This document shows, piece after piece, positions 57,226 through 64,000 of a stretch of DNA of 64,000 bases; position 1 is the first letter of the stretch, and each line of letters begins with the position of its first letter. A model generated the notes under the pieces. That model searched no databases and was not told the DNA's origin. It worked only from the letters and a program-made list of their open reading frames with translations. The DNA lies in the NCBI GenBank assembly GCA_018675685.1, contig JABGXP010000014.1, positions 81,288 to 145,287 on the forward strand, read 5' to 3'. The stretch is from a bacterium. Its GTDB lineage: Bacteria > Patescibacteriota > Minisyncoccia > Moranbacterales > DUUL01. A program made the translations under genes and the position numbers.

Positions 57226-57741
57226 ATGAAAAATAGAAGAGAAGAAAGAAGATTGTTGAGAGAAGAAGGTCTCCCAATTGAAAGAATGAGAATCATCGAC
57301 ACAGCAGAGACGTTGGATTTGCAAATCAAAGAATTTCTGGGTTGTCATGTATCCGTGAGTGGTTGTGGTTCTTCGAAAGAGCAGACACTGGATCTCTCAT
57401 TGGTGAGAGAGTTTGTCGGAGCAATTCCGGTTGCCAACGTTTTGTTCGAAGCACCTCGCTTTGCATGGACCAATGAGGAAGATGATATTCCTGTCAGGGC
57501 GATTGTTCTGGAAGTTTTGGCTGGTAGCAAAGGAGATGACCTTCTGAATGGCATTTTCGATGATGTTGGCATGATCTTTGAGGATATTCGTTTTTTGAAC
57601 TTTCTCTCAGTTATCCAAGCGACGTTGTCGCCAGTGTTTCCAGTTTGTGAGCTGGAGGTTTTGCTGAAAATGATTAATGATTTCAAAAAAAGTCCGGTGA
57701 TCCAAAAATCAGACATGGGGGATGAAAATATCAATGAATAG
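57226..57741 (+). CDS. hypothetical protein (171 aa), the first gene of a GC-richer island
   Basis: Intact ORF preceded by an AAAGGAGAAAGG Shine-Dalgarno. Its local GC content is visibly higher than that of the flanking genes. Confidence 0.4.
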   Translation: MKNRREERRLLREEGLPIERMRIIDTAETLDLQIKEFLGCHVSVSGCGSSKEQTLDLSLVREFVGAIPVANVLFEAPRFAWTNEEDDIPVRAIVLEVLAGSKGDDLLNGIFDDVGMIFEDIRFLNFLSVIQATLSPVFPVCELEVLLKMINDFKKSPVIQKSDMGDENINE

Positions 57742-57971
57742 CTCCTTTTGTCGAATAGTTCGTTCTATTGAATGTTTGCGAGGTGTCTAGTGGAAAATTC
57801 CGCTGGACACCTTTTTTTGAATAATTTTTGTCGATTTTCATTGACAAAAGTAACAAAATCATGTATGGTTATTGGAATGATCCAAATCTCTTTTGAGTCA
57901 AGGTCATTTGCTAGTTCTTCGTCAATTTGGAATTTTAGAAAAAAACTTTTTAATTTTTTTGGAGGTAAGTC

Positions 57972-58367
57972 TTGAAAGAAGAGCATGGAAGGATAAATGT
58001 TTTAATCGTGGATAGCGAGGAAGATGATGCTATAATTCTCGATATCAGAAAGTTGATCATCAATTTACATCAAAAACAAGGGAGCAAAAAAGAGCTAGCT
58101 ATTAGCTTAATTGATAGCCAAGTGAATCTTTTTGCACATCATTTAGAGTTTGATTTTCAAATTGTTATTCTGTTAAACAACAATGAAAAAAGCGATTTGA
58201 TTTTTCAATATCTAAATGGGTTTTTTTCTGGCAAGGCAAAGTTTATTGTCATTGGCCCTGAAATTGAAACTGCGGCTAAGCACGCGAAGTTTGAAGGTGC
58301 TTGGGTTGTTTCAAACACCTTTAATGAAGTGATCCCACAGTTCGAAACATTGATGGGAGAGAAGTAG
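57972..58367 (+). CDS. stand-alone receiver (CheY-like REC)-like domain protein, probably degenerate
   Basis: INVLIVDSEEDD (acidic pocket) .. LAISLIDS (candidate acceptor-Asp position) .. FIVIGPEIETAAK .. GAWVVSNTF, spaced as beta-alpha units like a receiver domain. Confidence 0.4.
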   Translation: MKEEHGRINVLIVDSEEDDAIILDIRKLIINLHQKQGSKKELAISLIDSQVNLFAHHLEFDFQIVILLNNNEKSDLIFQYLNGFFSGKAKFIVIGPEIETAAKHAKFEGAWVVSNTFNEVIPQFETLMGEK

Positions 58368-58426
58368 TTTAAACGGTCAATCAGCAAAGTAAACTGCAAA
58401 GGTTTACTGAAGATGGGGAGGATGCT

Positions 58427-58603
58427 ATGGACAGATATCTTGACCCAGAAATACGACAAAGGCGCAGAAACAAACTAGTAAGTGGCAAGTGCACTGTTTG
58501 TTCAAATGACGCTGCAATTCCTTGGAAGCAACATCAATATTGTTACGACTGCTGGGTAATTGCAGAGGTTTATTTCATGAAAGAACTGCGGAATGAAAAA
58601 TAA
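58427..58603 (+). CDS. unlisted 58-aa ORF encoding a CxxC..CxxC zinc-ribbon-like peptide (MDRYLDPEIRQRRRNKLVSGKCTVCSNDAAIPWKQHQYCYDCWVIAEVYFMKELRNEK)
   Basis: Translated by hand from ATG 58427 to TAA 58601-58603. It is below the 60-aa cutoff of the track and fills the gap between two island genes. Confidence 0.3.
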   Translation: MDRYLDPEIRQRRRNKLVSGKCTVCSNDAAIPWKQHQYCYDCWVIAEVYFMKELRNEK

Positions 58604-58653
58604 GGAGAGCGAAAGATTAATTTAACCTATCAATCAGCAAAGGTGGTAAGAAG

Positions 58654-59619
58654 ATGGAGAAAAGAAAAAAAGGAGATAAAAAACCAGAGAATGTAAGAAT
58701 CATTTTTGTTTCTGCTGTCTGCGGAAAAGAACCAGAGCTCATGACCAGTTTTCTTGAAGAGTTTGATTCTTTCGCGAAGAAGCAGGACAAAAAAACTTTT
58801 GTCTTGATTTTCTGCGGAAAAGCAAGCGACCCAAGCAAGCTTTTGCGAAAGGCTGACATTCTGGTAACTGATCCCGTGATCACTTGGGGTGGAAGAAAGA
58901 CATTCCTTCCTCAGCTAGGTTCTGCCAACGATGAGCGCGAGAATGGAAAACGCAGAATCATTATCGTTCTTCCAAGAAAGAAGGATGAAAGAAATAAATT
59001 CTTTGCTGACCCCCGGTGTTTTGCAAAGACATTGATGCCAAATGTGGAGCATCCTCGGAAAGTTGAAAAAATCTCGCATATTCCTTTGAATGGCAAGACT
59101 CTGGAAAAAATCGAAGATGAAGTCATTTTCGAACTACCAGAACATTGTTCAGCCCCGAGAGTGATGATCGCACTTTCTAATTCTTTTGAAATGATTGAAG
59201 CGAAAAAACTGAAGGAGACAATTGAGGCACAATTTGCCCTTGAGGTGATGGTGGTTCCTTGGAAAAGCTTCCGAGCTTCAATGGCCGCCGAAGCGGATGT
59301 TTTGATTACTAGCACTGTTCAACAGCTCGATAGACTCCCAACACCTGCAAGAGTTCCCACTAATAGGCACAATGGTAGAAACAACAAGTTTGTCGAATCA
59401 AAAGTTCACACCTATCAAAACTTGGCGCATGTTGACATGTCCAAGAAGGCTAATCCAGCCCTGCAGGTTGTTCTTTTGGGAAGGGAAGTGACAGCGTTCA
59501 TTGTTCGTTATGCGGACATCCTATCCGGCTTCTTAGAGTTTCCGCCAACAAAGGCTTCTTTGTCAGCAGCTTTACAAAGAGCAGCTTTGAAAAGCGAAAA
59601 ATCAGTTCTTATCAATTAG
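58654..59619 (+). CDS. hypothetical protein (321 aa) with two internally similar alpha/beta (receiver/flavodoxin-like) halves
   Basis: Repeat of the pattern R[IV]...S......F.....(V/I)L..........AD(I/V)L(V/I)T(D/S) at residues ~15-73 and ~168-220. An AGGTGG Shine-Dalgarno is present. Confidence 0.4.
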   Translation: MEKRKKGDKKPENVRIIFVSAVCGKEPELMTSFLEEFDSFAKKQDKKTFVLIFCGKASDPSKLLRKADILVTDPVITWGGRKTFLPQLGSANDERENGKRRIIIVLPRKKDERNKFFADPRCFAKTLMPNVEHPRKVEKISHIPLNGKTLEKIEDEVIFELPEHCSAPRVMIALSNSFEMIEAKKLKETIEAQFALEVMVVPWKSFRASMAAEADVLITSTVQQLDRLPTPARVPTNRHNGRNNKFVESKVHTYQNLAHVDMSKKANPALQVVLLGREVTAFIVRYADILSGFLEFPPTKASLSAALQRAALKSEKSVLIN

Positions 59620-59686
59620 GAAAATATCAAGTACATCAGGCTTAATTCTAAAGCAAGTTCTAAAACTAAAGTTTCAAAAAATGATT

Positions 59687-59726
59687 GAGGCATGCAGGAA
59701 ATTTTTCCTTCGCATGCCTCTTTTTG
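59687..59726 (+). terminator. strong intrinsic terminator closing the island
   Basis: GAGGCATGCAGGAAA-tt-TTTCCTTCGCATGCCTC followed by TTTTT. Confidence 0.6.
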
Positions 59727-59898
59727 TCAATTAAAGTTGACGTTTTAGCTAGAATATGCTAAAAAGAAATATTATACTTTTCAAAAAGAGATTACTTTTA
59801 TTTTCAATGAATATTTCGATTTGCTAGTCGCCGGGAAGCAAATTGATTTTGTAAGAAGATTTGTTAGAATGGTTTTGCATTACAAGTAATATGACTTT

Positions 59899-60507
59899 AT
59901 GGAGCTTAAAGAGTATTTAAAAGTTTTGAAGAAATACAAAACAACCTTTGTTGTCATCTGGGTTGGAGCGATTGCTTTTGGATTGATTGCAGCGTCTCTT
60001 GTTCCACAGAGATACAAAACGACTTTTTCAATTGATATCACAAGAGATACGCAGGAAGAAGGAACTCAGGAATATGACTTTGATCAATTCTATCGTTTAG
60101 AAGCAGACGATCGATTCGGCAGGACAATTGTAGAATGGTTTAGTGATGGTGCAATTGTAAACAACATTCACGCTGTCGCAAGAAGCGTGGAAGAGAATTT
60201 TGAAAATGAAGAACTCGAAACGAAATTTAAAGCAAAAAAGCTCGCAAATAGCTATTTGAGGGTTAGCTTCTTGGTTTCAGAGAAAAAAGAAGTAAAACCA
60301 CTTTTTCTGGGAGTGAAAAAAGTTCTAAATGAGAAAACCAAGGAGTTTAATGGCGGTTTCAATAAACAAAGCAGCTTTAAGCTCATTTTTAATGGACCAA
60401 CTATTGCAAATGCTACAATTCCACTTACCCCACTACTTATCAGTTTGATTGGCAGTGGTTTTTTCTTGGCAGCATTCGGGATTATGTTTAGAAAGTATCT
60501 AGAATAA
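59899..60507 (+). CDS. Wzz/YveK-like polysaccharide chain-length determinant protein (short form)
   Basis: N-terminal ELKEYLKVLKKYKTTFVVIWVGAIAFGLIAASLV (Wzz N-terminal motif plus TM1) and a C-terminal TM (LISLIGSGFFLAAFGIMF). Confidence 0.5.
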   Translation: MELKEYLKVLKKYKTTFVVIWVGAIAFGLIAASLVPQRYKTTFSIDITRDTQEEGTQEYDFDQFYRLEADDRFGRTIVEWFSDGAIVNNIHAVARSVEENFENEELETKFKAKKLANSYLRVSFLVSEKKEVKPLFLGVKKVLNEKTKEFNGGFNKQSSFKLIFNGPTIANATIPLTPLLISLIGSGFFLAAFGIMFRKYLE

Positions 60508-60515
60508 GAATCATT

Positions 60516-61664
60516 ATGAAAATAGGGATTGATATTAGATGTTTAGCAGAAGGGAATCGAACTGGTGTTGAGGAATACACGATTAGCTTTTTGAAGCGTC
60601 TTTTTGAGCAGGATTCGAAGAACGAATACCTGCTTTTTATTAACTCTTTTAAGAAAGTTAAAGAAGACCTTTCCTGGTTAGAGGAGTATCCAAACGTTGA
60701 AATGAGAAACTTTGGTTTTCCTAATAAACTTTTAAACTTTGCAATGTGGTTTTTGCGTTGGCCAAAAATTGACCTTTTGCTTGGAGGAGTTGACCTTTTT
60801 TTTGCACCAAACATTTCTTTCATAGCTCTTTCTGATAAATGTAAGTTCACTCTCACTGTTCACGATCTTTCATTTGAAAGATTCCCCGAACACTTTTCCG
60901 CTAAAAGAAGATTATGGCACTATGTTGTGAATCCAAGATTGCTTTGCAAGAGAGCTGACAAGATCTTAGCTGTATCAAATTCAACAAAAGATGACCTGAC
61001 GATGCTTTATCGAATCAGTGAAAGTAAAATAGAAGTAGCTTATCCTCGTTTGGAGACTAAAAATTTCACAGAACCCAATATTTCTGGAGACAAAACAATG
61101 AGAATGATCAGAGATTATAGCTTGCCTGATGAATTTGTCTTGTATTTAGGAACAATTGAGCCAAGGAAAAACATTATCTCACTTGTAAAAGCATTTGAGC
61201 ATTTGAAAAAAAGCGGCAAAGTATATAAAAACTTAAAACTGGTGATTGCGGGAAGAGTTGGGTGGTCGTATGAAAGAATAATTAAGGCCGTGGAATCAAG
61301 CCCTAATAAAAAAGATATTCTGTTTACTGGCTTTGTGCATGACTCTGATAAAGCTATTTTATATAAATTAGCAAAGGTTTTTGTCTATCCATCTTTCTTT
61401 GAAGGCTTTGGTTTTCCTCCGGTAGAGGCAATGGCAAGTGGTGTTCCTGTGATTACTTCAAATTGTTCTTCTATCCCAGAGGTCGTGCAAGATGCCGCAG
61501 TATTAATTGATCCATATCGGCCAGCTGAAATTTCACTAGCGATCAAACTTCTTTTGGAGGACAAAATATTGTATAATGATTTTATCAAGAAAGGAAGAAT
61601 GCACGTTGAAAAAATTGAAAAGCGATATTTGGAAGAGAATATTCTTTCTTATCTCAAGATATAG
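60516..61664 (+). CDS. family 4 (GT-B) glycosyltransferase
   Basis: EGFGFPPVEAMASGVPVITSNCSSIPEV (EX7E motif region) and the overall GT4 architecture. Confidence 0.85.
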   Translation: MKIGIDIRCLAEGNRTGVEEYTISFLKRLFEQDSKNEYLLFINSFKKVKEDLSWLEEYPNVEMRNFGFPNKLLNFAMWFLRWPKIDLLLGGVDLFFAPNISFIALSDKCKFTLTVHDLSFERFPEHFSAKRRLWHYVVNPRLLCKRADKILAVSNSTKDDLTMLYRISESKIEVAYPRLETKNFTEPNISGDKTMRMIRDYSLPDEFVLYLGTIEPRKNIISLVKAFEHLKKSGKVYKNLKLVIAGRVGWSYERIIKAVESSPNKKDILFTGFVHDSDKAILYKLAKVFVYPSFFEGFGFPPVEAMASGVPVITSNCSSIPEVVQDAAVLIDPYRPAEISLAIKLLLEDKILYNDFIKKGRMHVEKIEKRYLEENILSYLKI

Positions 61665-61739
61665 CAATTGTTTATGGTGATGGCGAGAAAAAACTCAAGC
61701 TTGAAACAAAAGATATAAAAAAGTTAGGAAAAACAAAAG

Positions 61740-62876
61740 ATGAAAAAAATTGGAATCGATGCTCGTTTTTATGGACCAACAGGGAAGGGTCTTGGAAGGT
61801 ATGCGCAGAAACTAGTTGAATACTTGGAAATGGTTGATGGAGGGAATAAGGAACGACAATATGTTGTTTTTTTGAGGAAAGATAATTTTGATCTGTATCA
61901 ACCAAAACATGAGAACTTTACTAAGGTACTGGCTGATTTTAGCTGGTATTCTTTTGCGGAACAATTAGGGTTTCCGCTTTTTTTATATGCTCAGAAGCTT
62001 GATTTGGTGCATTTTTGTCATTTCAATGTGCCACTTTTATATTGTAAGCAATTTGTTGTTACGATTCATGATTTAATCTTATTCCACCACCCGACTGTTA
62101 GGAATACGACTTTGAATAAATATTTCTATTTTTTGAAACTATTTGCATACAGGCTGGCGATCAGAAGGGCAGCAAAAAAGGCAAGGAAGATTATTGCAGT
62201 TTCGGAGTTCACAAGAAGCGATATTGTAGCCAATCTTGGTGTTACTAAAGAGCAAGTTGAAATGACCTATGAAGGCTGTGAATACCAATGTTTTTTGAAC
62301 AGTAAATGCGATGATGATGTTTTAACAAAGTATGGTATAATGAAACCATATCTGCTTTATGTCGGCAATGCTTATCCACACAAGAATCTAGAGAGACTAG
62401 TGGCGGTGTTTAGCAGACTTAGAAATAAAAATGATAAACTCCAATTAGTACTTGTTGGAGGAAAGGATTTTTTCTATGAAAATTTGGAAAAATTTGTTTT
62501 TGATGGGGGGTATGAGGGAATAATTTTCCCTGGCTATGTTCCAGATCGAGAACTTGATGTTTTGTATAAAAGAGCAGAACTCTATGTCTTTCCTTCTCTT
62601 TATGAAGGGTTCGGCTTACCACCACTAGAAGCTCTAGCTAAGAGCACAATGGTAGTCTCATCTTGCAGGACTTCTATGCCAGAAATTTTGCAAGACGCTG
62701 TTAGTTATTTTGACCCAGAAGATCTCGATTCAATGGAAAAATCAATTTTATTTGCCTTAGAAAACAAGCCCCCAAAAAAGGAGCTTCCCAAAAAAGCAAT
62801 TAAGGTTTTGGCAAAATTTTCTTGGAGAAAGATGGCGGAAGAGACATTAGATATATATAAAAAAGTTTTAAGGTAG
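61740..62876 (+). CDS. family 4 (GT-B) glycosyltransferase
   Basis: EGFGLPPLEALAKSTMVVSSCRTSMPEI and the overall GT4 architecture. Confidence 0.85.
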   Translation: MKKIGIDARFYGPTGKGLGRYAQKLVEYLEMVDGGNKERQYVVFLRKDNFDLYQPKHENFTKVLADFSWYSFAEQLGFPLFLYAQKLDLVHFCHFNVPLLYCKQFVVTIHDLILFHHPTVRNTTLNKYFYFLKLFAYRLAIRRAAKKARKIIAVSEFTRSDIVANLGVTKEQVEMTYEGCEYQCFLNSKCDDDVLTKYGIMKPYLLYVGNAYPHKNLERLVAVFSRLRNKNDKLQLVLVGGKDFFYENLEKFVFDGGYEGIIFPGYVPDRELDVLYKRAELYVFPSLYEGFGLPPLEALAKSTMVVSSCRTSMPEILQDAVSYFDPEDLDSMEKSILFALENKPPKKELPKKAIKVLAKFSWRKMAEETLDIYKKVLR

Positions 62877-62895
62877 CACAGTTTTTAAAATAAAA

Positions 62896-64000
62896 ATGAG
62901 CAAAATTCTAGATCATAGAACTAGCAAAACATACGATATTAAACCCGTTGACAAAAGGGGTAATCTTGACGAAGAAAAATTAAGAGAAGGGGAAGACTTG
63001 GTGCAACTCAGGGATCTAGAAAGAGAAGGGAAGAGTGCTCAAATGCTCAAAAAATTTGAAGAAGAAAAAGAGAGGGTCTCGCAAGACAGACTCATTTTTG
63101 ATATTGGAATTAAAGCTGAAGCTTTGGAAGTGGAAACACAAGGACAAGAAGAGAGACTGATAGAAAACCAAATAGCAGAAGATCAAATAGACCAAAAAGA
63201 AAAGGAAAAGGAAGATATTTCTGTTTTTGAATCGCCGCAACCACAAATAGAAAGAGAAGAAGACGGTATTGAAAATGTTGATGGCTTTGAAGTTGCTGAA
63301 GATGAATCTCCTGAAGATGTTCTAAAAAAATTCAAAGAAACCTTCGAGGAAAAAGATCAATCTGAAGAGGTTCTTTCTGATATCCAAATACAAGAAGAAG
63401 TGTCGATTCCAAAGAGAACTATTGAAGAGGTTCGCTTTGAAGAATCTGAAGAGAGAGAAGTAGAAGAAACGGAAACAGGTCTTGTGAGTGAAGAAGTTTT
63501 GCAGAATGAAGTTGAACATGAGAATTATGTTATTTTTGAGGGTAACCGTGCATTTACGCCAGAAGAAAGACCTGAAATTAAGGTTTTAAAGATTCAAATT
63601 TCGGGATTGCAGAAATTTGAAAAGAAACAAGAACAAGAACAAGAACAAGAACTCAATGGACAGCTTAAAGAGGAGAGAAGTCTAGATTGTAAACTAGAAA
63701 AGACAAGAAAGAGACAAGAAAACGCAGAACTCTTGGATCAATGGATGTCGGAGGATAAGAAAGAACAAGAGGGAATTGTAGAAGAGCAAAGATTAATAAG
63801 CGAAGAGTCGCAAGCAAGAGCTATTTTAATAGAGCAAAACAGGAAGGATGCCGAGGAAAGAAAGGAGGCAAAAAGAGAGCGAGAAGAAAAATTGGAGCTA
63901 GAAAAACAAGAAAAGGCCCAAGAGAGAGCTATTTTAATAGAGCGAAATAGGAAGGATGCCGAAGAAAGAAAAGAGGCAAAAAGAGAACAAGAGGAGAGAT
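62896..64000 (+). CDS. highly charged E/K/Q-rich repeat (coiled-coil-like) protein, 3' end beyond the window; not in the ORF track because no stop is reached
   Basis: Hand translation from ATG 62896 gives 368 codons with no in-frame stop up to nt 64000. It contains an in-frame 108-nt tandem repeat and a (CAAGAA)4 tract. Antisense track ORFs at 63016..63246 and 63322..63519 are mirror artefacts. Confidence 0.5.
   Translation, partial: MSKILDHRTSKTYDIKPVDKRGNLDEEKLREGEDLVQLRDLEREGKSAQMLKKFEEEKERVSQDRLIFDIGIKAEALEVETQGQEERLIENQIAEDQIDQKEKEKEDISVFESPQPQIEREEDGIENVDGFEVAEDESPEDVLKKFKETFEEKDQSEEVLSDIQIQEEVSIPKRTIEEVRFEESEEREVEETETGLVSEEVLQNEVEHENYVIFEGNRAFTPEERPEIKVLKIQISGLQKFEKKQEQEQEQELNGQLKEERSLDCKLEKTRKRQENAELLDQWMSEDKKEQEGIVEEQRLISEESQARAILIEQNRKDAEERKEAKREREEKLELEKQEKAQERAILIERNRKDAEERKEAKREQEER
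63628..63651 (+). repeat. (CAAGAA)x4 hexanucleotide microsatellite encoding QEQEQEQE
   Basis: Seen directly in the sequence. Confidence 0.6.
63817..64000 (+). repeat. 108-nt (36-aa) tandem repeat, at least 1.7 copies (RAILIEQNRKDAEERKEAKRE...), truncated by the window end
   Basis: Unit 1 starts at 63817 and unit 2 at 63925; they are ~90% identical at the nucleotide level. Confidence 0.6.

Overview
This is a low-GC (~35%), densely coded bacterial window. Most of it is housekeeping operons. The gene content is class III anaerobic RNR, a four-subunit pyruvate:ferredoxin oxidoreductase, no LPS genes, several domain fusions and splits, and K/E-rich tails on core proteins. This suggests a small-genome anaerobe, possibly of the CPR/Patescibacteria type; that is inference only. 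Read left to right: ispH (3' part), L25/Ctc, a coiled-coil lytic-transglycosylase-like protein, a truncated dcw cluster (mraZ-rsmH-ftsL-ftsI-murF), then on the minus strand rhodanese-fmt-def-priA-LigB-like. Next come nrdR-nrdD with the glycyl-radical module encoded as a separate small ORF, two membrane-anchored DsbA-like proteins, a PEGA/beta-propeller surface protein, porGD-(SerB-like HAD)-porAB, rmuC, and a giant membrane protein. The hrcA-(Nudix::GrpE fusion)-dnaK operon follows with a CIRCE operator. After it lies a GC-richer accessory stretch with an A8-frameshifted gene, then an RND efflux pair, murG, and a complete F1Fo ATP synthase operon. The most system-like accessory region is a four-gene minus-strand locus. 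It encodes an archaeal-type SipW signal peptidase with three proteins carrying the TasA/camelysin-type 'AxFSDxE' SipW-cognate signal peptide. One of these has two lamin-tail domains and a long acidic tail; another has a C-terminal membrane anchor. Next to it is a GC-richer four-gene island of unknown function that includes a stand-alone receiver-like domain. Downstream are a Wzz-like protein, two GT4 glycosyltransferases, and a 3'-truncated E/K-rich repeat protein. Between atpC and the TasA-like locus there is a consensus promoter plus intrinsic terminator with no ORF, consistent with a ~160-nt small RNA. No tRNA, rRNA, CRISPR array, transposase or integrase was recognised.
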